A stretch of DNA of 15,719 bases from Myxococcota bacterium (GTDB lineage Bacteria > Myxococcota > XYA12-FULL-58-9 > JABJBS01): assembly GCA_036339465.1 (NCBI GenBank), contig JAYZAY010000037.1, positions 1 through 15,719 of the forward strand. The letters run 5' to 3'. The position numbers were made by a program, and so were the translations under genes. The notes beneath the pieces were generated by a model. That model saw nothing but the letters and a program-made list of their open reading frames with translations, ran no database searches and was not told where the DNA came from. Within the stretch, counting starts at the first letter, position 1; each line of letters begins with the position of its first letter. Positions 8,003-15,719 of the stretch are shown piece by piece.

Positions 8003-8130
8003 TGCGGTGGTTTTTGCGTAAGAAGAGCTGAATTTACAATTTAGGATTCGGTGTCGCACCGGTGGTGCAACCTCCTTGCCTCAATTTTTTTGGGCTTAGG
8101 AGACCGAATCTGGCACTTTAGGAGTTTGCT

Positions 8131-10650
8131 ATGAACGAGGTGCCCAGTCGCGCCAATGTGGTTGTCATCGGTGCTGGTATTGTAGGTAATTGTTTGGTGG
8201 GTCATTTAGCCCGACTCGGGTGGAGGGATATGGTACTCATCGATAAGGGTCCATTGCCAAATCCCGGTGGGTCAACTGGGCATGCTTCAAACTTTATTTT
8301 TCCTACCGATCACAACAAAGAGATGGCCGTTCTAACACTTGAAAGTCAGCGGCAATATGAAGAGATGGGTGTCAATACCACCTGCGGCGGAATCGAAGTG
8401 GCCCGCACCGAAGCTCGAATGGAAGAACTCAGGCGCCGAATGACCTCGGCCAAGGCTTGGGGCATCGAAGCAAAGCTTCTCTCACCAAGAGAGGTTAAAG
8501 AAGAGGTCCCGTTTATCAACGAGGATATTATTCTGGGCGGCTTTTATACCCCCAGTGTCTCGGTGGTGGATTCGCTGCGCGCCGGAACCATCATGCGAGA
8601 GCAAGCTCAAGAAAAAGAAGTGCTTGAGGTTTTTGCCAACACCGAAGTTCTCGATTTAGAAGTCGAGCCAAGTCCCTTTAAGCGGCCTCGTATCAAAGCT
8701 GTGGTCACAGACCGGGGCCGTATCGAAGCCGATGTCGTGGTGATCGCCTGTGGGGTCTGGAGTCCTCGAATTGCGACAATGGCGGGCGCAACCATTCCGC
8801 TCACCCCAGCTGTTCATCAGATGGCGGATGTGGGTCCCATTGAAATTCTCCAAAAGACAGGCAACGAAATCGCCTATCCCATCGTTCGGGATATGGACAC
8901 CTTCATGTATGAACGCCAAAGTGCGGGTTCTATGGAAGTTGGCTCTTATGCGCACCGCCCCATTTTTCATCGCCCAGACGAGATCCCCTCCAATGCTGAG
9001 TCGGCCCTCAGTCCAACGGAATTGCCGCTGACCCAGCAAGATTTTGATCCACAGCTCGAGGATGCTTTGGATCTTATGGGTGATATTTTGGAGACCGCAG
9101 AAATACGATATGCCATCAACGGACTTTTATCCCTAACTCCCGATGCCATGCCCGTGCTCGGAGAAACAGTGGAAATCGCCAACCTATGGTCGGCCGCAGC
9201 GGTGTGGATCAAAGAGGGGCCAGCCATTGCCCAAATGGTCGCGGAGTGGATGACCTATGGTTACCCACATGTCTGCGATCCCCATGGCTCGGATATCGCC
9301 CGCCTCTATCCCCATGAGCGAACCGAGCACCATATTCGCGCCCGTTGCGGCGAGCATTTCAACAAGACCTACGGCATCGTGCACCCACGTGAGCAGTGGG
9401 CCACAGAGCGTGGCATGAACCGCTCTCCTTTTTATCCTCGCCAAGAAGCCCTCAAAGCGGAATTTTACGATGCCCGAGGATGGGAACGTCCCCAATGGTA
9501 TGGGGTGAATAAAGACTTGGTGGTTTGTTACGAGCTCGAGACCCGCCCCCACGAATGGGACAATCGCTGGTGGTCTTCTATCATTAGTGCCGAACATTTG
9601 CATATGCGAGACAAGGTGGGGATGGTGGATCTCTCCGCCTTTCAAATTTTCGACGTTCAGGGCCCCGGGGTGGTCGATTACATCGAAAAAATGACGGTCA
9701 ATAAATGCGACCGTCCAGTGGGAAGTTCGATTTACACCCCAGTTCTTACGGAGGGAGGAGGGTTTCGCTCCGATCTCACAGTGCTACGCCTGGGGGATTT
9801 TCATTATCGCATTGTGACTGGCGCCTTTGACGGTGGACGAGATGAATATTGGTTTCGAAAAAATCTTCCGGAAGATGGTTCCGTTCAATTCAGCAATATG
9901 ACCTCTGCAATTTGCACCCTTGGAGTTTGGGGGCCCAATGCCCAGGCGATGGTTTCGAAACTCACCGATGTGGATCTCTCCCAGCAGCACTTCCGCTACG
10001 GCAAAGTCAAAGACGTGTTGATAGCGGGGATCCCAACCACCATGTTTCGGGTTTCATATGTGGGCGAAAGCGGTTGGGAAATCTATACCAGTATGCAACA
10101 CGGCCTCCAGCGATGGGACGCCCTCTGGGAAGCGGGGCAACAATTCGATGTGCGTCCCGTGGGAATGGGTGTTTATGGCACCACAGGCCGCATGGAGAAG
10201 GGCTATTTGCTCATGGGCGCCGAGCTCGAATCTGAATACACCCCCGTTGAAGCCGGGCTTGCTCGTAAGGGCGTTAAAAAAGCTGATTTTATTGGAAAAG
10301 AGGCCTATCTCAAAGCGCGCGATGAACAACCCGTGGCAAAAATATGCGCCCTTACCATGGATGATCACACCGACGGTACAGGCGTCAAACGATTTCCTTG
10401 CGGCGGCAATGAACCTATTTTAACCCTCGACGGAGATCGCATTGTGGATGGGAAGGGAAGGGTTTCAAGGGTGACGTCTGCAGGGATTGGCCCTTCTCTA
10501 GGAAAGTTCATTCTCTTTTCTTATTTACCTCCGAAATACGCAGTTGCGGGAACGAAACTCAAAGTCATGTACATGAACGCGCTCTTTTCAGTGACGGTGG
10601 CAGGATCCACAACACTTTTTGACCCCGAAAATCAAAGGATGAAAAGCTGA
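8131..10650 (+). CDS. GcvT-family FAD-dependent oxidoreductase (dimethylglycine/sarcosine dehydrogenase-like: FAD domain plus tetrahydrofolate-binding aminomethyltransferase domain)
   Basis: Rossmann motif VVVIGAGIVG, GGSTGH (covalent-FAD His motif), NGLLSLTPD, GWERPQWY, GcvT motifs RSDLTVLRL, RVSYVGESGWEIY and RMEKGY, and terminal FDPENQRMKS. RBS AGGAG upstream. Exact substrate cannot be determined from the sequence. Confidence 0.9.
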   Translation: MNEVPSRANVVVIGAGIVGNCLVGHLARLGWRDMVLIDKGPLPNPGGSTGHASNFIFPTDHNKEMAVLTLESQRQYEEMGVNTTCGGIEVARTEARMEELRRRMTSAKAWGIEAKLLSPREVKEEVPFINEDIILGGFYTPSVSVVDSLRAGTIMREQAQEKEVLEVFANTEVLDLEVEPSPFKRPRIKAVVTDRGRIEADVVVIACGVWSPRIATMAGATIPLTPAVHQMADVGPIEILQKTGNEIAYPIVRDMDTFMYERQSAGSMEVGSYAHRPIFHRPDEIPSNAESALSPTELPLTQQDFDPQLEDALDLMGDILETAEIRYAINGLLSLTPDAMPVLGETVEIANLWSAAAVWIKEGPAIAQMVAEWMTYGYPHVCDPHGSDIARLYPHERTEHHIRARCGEHFNKTYGIVHPREQWATERGMNRSPFYPRQEALKAEFYDARGWERPQWYGVNKDLVVCYELETRPHEWDNRWWSSIISAEHLHMRDKVGMVDLSAFQIFDVQGPGVVDYIEKMTVNKCDRPVGSSIYTPVLTEGGGFRSDLTVLRLGDFHYRIVTGAFDGGRDEYWFRKNLPEDGSVQFSNMTSAICTLGVWGPNAQAMVSKLTDVDLSQQHFRYGKVKDVLIAGIPTTMFRVSYVGESGWEIYTSMQHGLQRWDALWEAGQQFDVRPVGMGVYGTTGRMEKGYLLMGAELESEYTPVEAGLARKGVKKADFIGKEAYLKARDEQPVAKICALTMDDHTDGTGVKRFPCGGNEPILTLDGDRIVDGKGRVSRVTSAGIGPSLGKFILFSYLPPKYAVAGTKLKVMYMNALFSVTVAGSTTLFDPENQRMKS

Positions 10651-11414
10651 TGCGCATCTTAATTTGCATCAAAAGAGTACCGGCACCCGGCGCAAAGATC
10701 CCCCTAAGTGATGATGGCCAAGAGATCGACACGACGTATCTCGGATTTACCACCAGTCCCCATGAGGAATGCGCGGTCGAAGAAGCGGTTCGAATCGTTG
10801 AAAAAGTGGGTGGGGAAACCACCGTCTTGACCTTGGGGCCACCAGCGGCAGAAGAGCAACTTCGCTATGCTGTGTCTGTTCGGGCCAACAAGGCTGCCCA
10901 TGTGGTGACAGACACCACCGATTGGGGGCCCGAGCGTACGGCGTCGGCTCTTACGCAAGCAATTCGCTCTATGGAAGCCAAGGAGGGTCCCTTTGATATG
11001 GTCTTTTTTGGCAATGAGTCGGCGGATTCGGCCGGATATCAGGTGGGTATTCGGGTGGCCACGGCTATGGGTCGCCCCATTGTTAATGGAATCAAGGAAA
11101 TCGAAGTGGGTGAGGGTAGCGTTACGGCCCGGCGACAAGTAGATGGCGGCTTTGAAGAGTATGAATTGAACCTACCTTTGATGCTCGGGATTAAAGAAGG
11201 GATCAATCTTCCGCGTTATCCAACCATGAAAGGGCGGCTCGCATCCCGAAAATTGGCGGTGACTCCCTTTGAGACCACCGCGAAATGTGGCGGGTTGTCT
11301 AAAATCGAGTTATTTCAGCCGAAAGAACAAACCAGCAATACGGTGGTGCTTGGGCATGGCCCCGAAGCGGCTGCGAAAGTTGTGGATGTTTTGGTTGATT
11401 TAGGAGTGATGTAA
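10650..11414 (+). CDS. etfB: Electron transfer flavoprotein beta subunit
   Basis: MRILICIKRVP, AVEEAVRI, TVLTLGP, GNESADSAGYQVG and INLPRYPTMKG. Start overlaps the previous stop (TGATG). Confidence 0.92.
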   Translation: MRILICIKRVPAPGAKIPLSDDGQEIDTTYLGFTTSPHEECAVEEAVRIVEKVGGETTVLTLGPPAAEEQLRYAVSVRANKAAHVVTDTTDWGPERTASALTQAIRSMEAKEGPFDMVFFGNESADSAGYQVGIRVATAMGRPIVNGIKEIEVGEGSVTARRQVDGGFEEYELNLPLMLGIKEGINLPRYPTMKGRLASRKLAVTPFETTAKCGGLSKIELFQPKEQTSNTVVLGHGPEAAAKVVDVLVDLGVM

Positions 11415-12385
11415 TGTCGGTTGTGCTGGTTATGGTGGAACACGATCGGGGTGCTTTGGTCCCAGGAGCGCTTGAAGCGTTGACCTTTGGCAGACACCTG
11501 GCTTGTGATCTCGGTTTGTCTCTCCACGGTGTCACCATCGGCTCAAGCGCCGATGCTCTCGCAAAACAACTTGGCCACTATGGCGCTGAAGTCATCCACC
11601 AAGCCCACCACGAAATCTTGTGTGACTACGGTCCCCAGGCCTGGGGAGAAACCGTGGCTCAGCTTGCGAGGTCTATCGAAGCAGCGGTGATTATCACCAC
11701 CGGCACCGACTCAGGAAACGAAGTCATCGCCAACGCAGCAGCTAGGATGGATTTACCCATGGTCGCCAATTGTACCAAATTACTTCCTAGACAAGGTCTG
11801 TGGGAGTTGGTTCGGTTGCGATGGGGGGGATCGCTTTTAGAACGTGCTTCTTTGGATGCGCCGGTTAAAATTCTCACTTTGGCACCAAACCGCTTTGAAG
11901 CGACCCTAGAGCCGGGAGCGGGAAAAACAGAGAGCTTCGTTCCCACCTTGGATCCTTGCTTGGCTCAAACCGTGGTTCGACGCCGGGTGGTAGAATCCAA
12001 AGGCATCAGCTTGGCCAGCGCTCCAGTGGTTGTCAGTGGTGGGCGAGGGGTGAAGTCGGCAGCAGGCTTTGCACCCCTTGAAGAGTTGGCCGATCTCTTA
12101 GGAGGTGCTGTCGGGTGCTCTCGGGTGGCAACCAACAATGGCTGGCGTCCCCACTCAGATCAAGTGGGTCAAACCGGTACTCGCATCGCCCCTCAGATTT
12201 ATATTGCATGCGGTATTTCAGGCGCCATTCAGCATTGGGTGGGTGCGATGGGTGCAAAGCACATCTTGGCCATCAACACCGATCCAGAGGCCAATATGGT
12301 TCACAAAGCCGACTATGCAATTATTGGCGATCTTCATGAAATCATCCCTGCTATTGTGGATGCTGTTCGCACTGCCCAAAACTGA
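11414..12385 (+). CDS. etfA: Electron transfer flavoprotein alpha subunit
   Basis: VVVSGGRG, LADLLGGAVGCSR, QVGQTG, YIACGISGAIQH, AINTDPEA and ADYAIIGDL. Start overlaps the etfB stop (TAATG). Confidence 0.94.
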   Translation: MSVVLVMVEHDRGALVPGALEALTFGRHLACDLGLSLHGVTIGSSADALAKQLGHYGAEVIHQAHHEILCDYGPQAWGETVAQLARSIEAAVIITTGTDSGNEVIANAAARMDLPMVANCTKLLPRQGLWELVRLRWGGSLLERASLDAPVKILTLAPNRFEATLEPGAGKTESFVPTLDPCLAQTVVRRRVVESKGISLASAPVVVSGGRGVKSAAGFAPLEELADLLGGAVGCSRVATNNGWRPHSDQVGQTGTRIAPQIYIACGISGAIQHWVGAMGAKHILAINTDPEANMVHKADYAIIGDLHEIIPAIVDAVRTAQN

Positions 12386-12670
12386 ATTGCGGCTTCTTCG
12401 ATTTGGAACGTGTTAACGATTAATCATGCTTCTCTGTCGGGAGGAGGATGGCACTGGTTCCGGTAGCAGCGGGAGTGGCTTGATAATACCATGAGACCCA
12501 CATTGGGACTCGTTTCAGGAAAAGACGCAGGTCTCATCACACCACACGAGGGATTCACTCGGTCGGGTAGAACGCGGTCCAAAAATACCACTTTTTGTAT
12601 CCCAAATTAGGATCCATTAGGAGGGCAATAATCATCCTGATTATTTTAGTCTTTAGTTTTAGCTATCCTC

Positions 12671-14461
12671 TTAGATAGAAAAAGGAAGTTCTTTGAGATT
12701 TCGTAAAATGTGAGGCGTGAGTGGTTCTTTTCGGCCCTTAAGATTAATCGGCGCCAGGGTTTCGATTATCGCAAAATCGCCAATCAAGTTGTAAGTCGAA
12801 TCAGTGATCAATACGGTATTGGTGGGTGCCCGCTGCTCAAAGCGCTGAGCGATATTTACTTCGTCACCAATCACCGTGTAGTCGCGACGAGAATGCTCAC
12901 TGCCGAGGTCTCCCAAGAGAACCTCACCAGAGTTAATACCTATTCGAACCTGAATATCGTAACCCGTTTTTTCATTAAACGCGGGGAGCTTATTGATAAG
13001 GTCGAGTGCAAACCGTGCGGCTCGATAGGCCCCATTTTCGCCACGACCGAATAGGGCCATCACACAATCACCAATGAATTTGTCGATTAGACCGTCCTGT
13101 CGACGAATCTCTGAAACGACCAAATCAAAGAAGCTGTTGAGCATTGCCGCAACTTGCTGGGCCTGCATCTTCTCGCACAGTCCGGTGAAACCAACGATAT
13201 CAATAAAGAGAATCGTCATAAAGCGGTATTCCGCTCGCATCACTCTCTTGCCATCGGAACTACGCCCTATTTGCTGCAATGCCATCTCGATTGCGGCATC
13301 AGAGAGGTAGTGTCGGACCGCGGCTCGCTCGCGCTTAAGCTCACTCTGGGCCAGTAGGTGGTCCACTGCTAGTTTTAGTTTTTCTTTACCGAACGGCTTG
13401 GCGATATAATCCGTTGCTCCGGCTGTAAGACCTCGCGTACGTGATGTTTTCTCGTCGTGGGCACTCAAAATCAGAATGGGCGTCAGATGGTAACGCATAA
13501 GCTTACGAAGCTCTAGGATCAGTTCACGACCATCCATTCTGGGCATTTCAAGATCGCTGATAATCAGGTCAAAATGATTTCCTTTCGCGACATCTAGAGC
13601 TTCGATGCCGTCCACCGCTACTGCTACCTCAAATCCATCCTTTCGAAGCGTGCGCATAATGAGATTTCGAATGGGCTTCGTGTCTTCGACAACCAAAATT
13701 TTCTCGGTGCGTGTCCCTTTGACCTGCGCCGTCAACGAATCTAAAAGGAAATTCAGTTCCTTTTCGCTAAACGGTTTGGTAATATAATCATCGGCACCGG
13801 CTTCAAAGCCACGCTTCATGTCATTGCCCGAATCCTTAGACGAGCAAATGACAAATGGAATATCCGCAAGCTCTTCTTGTTGCTTGATGTGGCGGCACAC
13901 GTGGTAGCCGCTCATGTCTGGCATTTCGATGTCACAGATAATGACATCAGGTCGCTCACTGCCAAGAAACTTCAAAGCCTCCAATGCGCGTGTTCTCTGA
14001 ATCAGCACATAACGCTCGGGATCCAACATCGTGGTGACAAGGTTGTGCACAACTGCGTCATCGTCGATATGGAGAATAATAGGGCGCTTAACCATGGCGC
14101 GCTTCAAGCCAGCAATCAGCTCCAGCGGTTGACAGGCGCGGTCTATGAAGACGCGAACACCGGTTTTCGCAGCATCGGTCTTGTCTTCGTCGTTTTCCGT
14201 CAACACAACAACGGGCATCATTCTGACTGCCGTTTCGGATCCCAGGGAACTGCAAATCTGTCTGGCTGTTTCCGTCCCCTGATACCAGTCGATGACAATG
14301 AGGTCGAAGTCTGCAATGGTCTTGGCGGCCAAGAGTTCACTAGCGAAGCCTGTAATCACCAAGGAGTGTGGATAGTTCTTCAGCCTAGAGCCCAAAATAC
14401 TCTCGGCATCGGCGTTTTGAGACACAAATAGGATTTTTGGAGTTTTTGGTTCGGTGGACAA
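12671..14461 (-). CDS. Class III adenylate cyclase with three N-terminal receiver (REC) domains
   Basis: Cyclase motifs FIDIVGFT, DKFIGDCVMALFG, RIGINSG, DYTVIGDEVNIAQRFE and LKGR. REC2 (IDDD..DIEMP..S..KP) and REC3 (VED..DLEMP..S..KP) are canonical; REC1 is degenerate. TTG start preceded by GGGAG. Confidence 0.9.
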   Translation of the reverse strand: MSTEPKTPKILFVSQNADAESILGSRLKNYPHSLVITGFASELLAAKTIADFDLIVIDWYQGTETARQICSSLGSETAVRMMPVVVLTENDEDKTDAAKTGVRVFIDRACQPLELIAGLKRAMVKRPIILHIDDDAVVHNLVTTMLDPERYVLIQRTRALEALKFLGSERPDVIICDIEMPDMSGYHVCRHIKQQEELADIPFVICSSKDSGNDMKRGFEAGADDYITKPFSEKELNFLLDSLTAQVKGTRTEKILVVEDTKPIRNLIMRTLRKDGFEVAVAVDGIEALDVAKGNHFDLIISDLEMPRMDGRELILELRKLMRYHLTPILILSAHDEKTSRTRGLTAGATDYIAKPFGKEKLKLAVDHLLAQSELKRERAAVRHYLSDAAIEMALQQIGRSSDGKRVMRAEYRFMTILFIDIVGFTGLCEKMQAQQVAAMLNSFFDLVVSEIRRQDGLIDKFIGDCVMALFGRGENGAYRAARFALDLINKLPAFNEKTGYDIQVRIGINSGEVLLGDLGSEHSRRDYTVIGDEVNIAQRFEQRAPTNTVLITDSTYNLIGDFAIIETLAPINLKGRKEPLTPHILRNLKELPFSI

Positions 14462-14662
14462 AAGACCACTCCCTACTGGCTAAGCGTTAAACGACACAGC
14501 GAACGGTCTTTTACAGTATCACACCATTACTTAGGATAGATCTAGTCCTGGGTAACTTTTGGGAGCGCCCACGGGGATTGTCTCTGTATTGCTATCCCCT
14601 TAAAAGAAGAAAACTAAAACATGCCCCGATATCCCCTGCTTATTCTCTCGCTATCTCCTTGG

Positions 14663-15719
14663 TTAATTCCCGCAGCTACAACTGGTGGTAGGACCACCCA
14701 TACCACCACCCGTGGAGGTACAATTAATGTTTCCATCACATGACTTACCTGTGTAGGTGGGCGTCCTATTACTATTCGTTACGCGGCTGCCTTTATTGCA
14801 TTTATTATAGTCACAGGTGCACTTGAAAGTATCATTATGAGGAGTGCAAGTACCATTGCCACATCTTCCAGAAACCGAACATGGATTCCGGCAGTGATAA
14901 ATGCCGGAGCTCACCTCGTACCTCTCGTAGCCAGAGGCGCATTCAACACAGTTTGTTTGAGACTCTCCCCCGGGACTAGTGCACTCTCTCTCTACGCAAT
15001 CTTCAAGACCACCTTCGACAGAACAAAGCTCACATACTCCTGCGTCTGACCATTCGCCATCCGCGGCGCAGAATTGTTGGGCCGTGCCATCTAGGTAGTT
15101 GTCACTATCGCAGGCAGAGGTGGCGATGGAACCATAATCGGTCGAGCTGGCACCCGCCGTTCCATTGCCGGGTGCGCTAGGAGCGCCGCAGTCAATCGTG
15201 GTATCTAGAGGAGCAGAACGGACGCAGAGCGCGCGCGCGGTGCTTGTTTTACTGACTGTTTGGGTAACACCATGGTTGAAATCTACGGCGACGGCTTTGG
15301 TGGTATTTGCGCCGGCAGTGGTAGCACTAAAATACCATTCATTCTCAACAGAAATTTTAGCGGTGTCGCTCTCTTTGAAGGTCGCGGGAGCGTAGGTGGA
15401 AAAATCCACCAGGGTTTCGAGTTCGAAGGCACTAGGAAGACGCCAATCCCCCTTGTTGTCGGTTGTGGATTCTTCGCAATGACTGAGTGCTTGTTGCCAT
15501 GTCATTGTCGTGGAATCGGGGTTTTTTCGCCAAATCAAACCGGTTAAGCGGTCGCTCACCACTGCCTCCGCGCCAGCCCCAGTTTCAGTGAACCTTTCGG
15601 AAGCGCTGAGAGAAGTCGTGCTAGCATTGGCGGGGTCGTGAACACACACCGCGAATCCATTTATACTGCTCTTGTCGTAGTCGGCTATTTTGTTCTCGTG
15701 GAATTTTATGACCCATGTT
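14663..15719 (-). CDS. 5'-partial Cys-rich protein with tandem DUF1566 (Lcl C-terminal) domains, a Sushi/CCP domain and EGF-like domains; probably extracellular
   Basis: The frame stays open to the window edge (TWVIKFHENKIADYDKSSINGFAVCV, which looks like the end of a prior DUF1566 domain), so the GTG at 15649 is probably not the start. DUF1566 motifs: VSDRLTGLIW, TWQQALSHC, DWRLPSAFELETLVD, ALCVR. Sushi: CGAPSAPGNG...C...LDG....C.ADGEWS...C. EGF: NPCSVSGRCGNGTCTPHNDTFKCTC. Confidence 0.85.
   Translation of the reverse strand, partial: TWVIKFHENKIADYDKSSINGFAVCVHDPANASTTSLSASERFTETGAGAEAVVSDRLTGLIWRKNPDSTTMTWQQALSHCEESTTDNKGDWRLPSAFELETLVDFSTYAPATFKESDTAKISVENEWYFSATTAGANTTKAVAVDFNHGVTQTVSKTSTARALCVRSAPLDTTIDCGAPSAPGNGTAGASSTDYGSIATSACDSDNYLDGTAQQFCAADGEWSDAGVCELCSVEGGLEDCVERECTSPGGESQTNCVECASGYERYEVSSGIYHCRNPCSVSGRCGNGTCTPHNDTFKCTCDYNKCNKGSRVTNSNRTPTYTGKSCDGNINCTSTGGGMGGPTTSCSCGN

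Noticed and set aside
15647..15649. GTG start for the last ORF as given in the ORF track
   Set aside because: The frame stays open upstream to the window edge and encodes a DUF1566-like tail, so the gene is most likely 5'-truncated.

Overview
Bacterial genomic window. The gene styles suggest a Gram-negative deltaproteobacterial/Myxococcota-like host, but this is inference only. From left to right: (i) an AT-rich ~30-bp tandem array running off the left edge (1-210); (ii) a ~340-bp internally deleted IS481-family-like element with both inverted ends and a frameshifted transposase tail (296-638), not shown in the ORF track; (iii) the DEAD-box RNA helicase dbpA, followed by an octamer microsatellite; (iv) a three-gene cluster of a TonB-dependent receptor and two LivJ/K-type (type I) substrate-binding lipoproteins, with no ABC permease or ATPase; (v) a translationally coupled operon of a GcvT/dimethylglycine-dehydrogenase-family flavoprotein, etfB and etfA; (vi) on the minus strand, a triple-receiver class III adenylate cyclase and a 5'-truncated protein with tandem DUF1566 (Lcl C-terminal), Sushi and EGF-like domains. 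I found no CRISPR array, rRNA or tRNA. The items most worth checking are the terminal tandem array, the transporter-less TBDR/binding-protein module and the multi-input cyclase.
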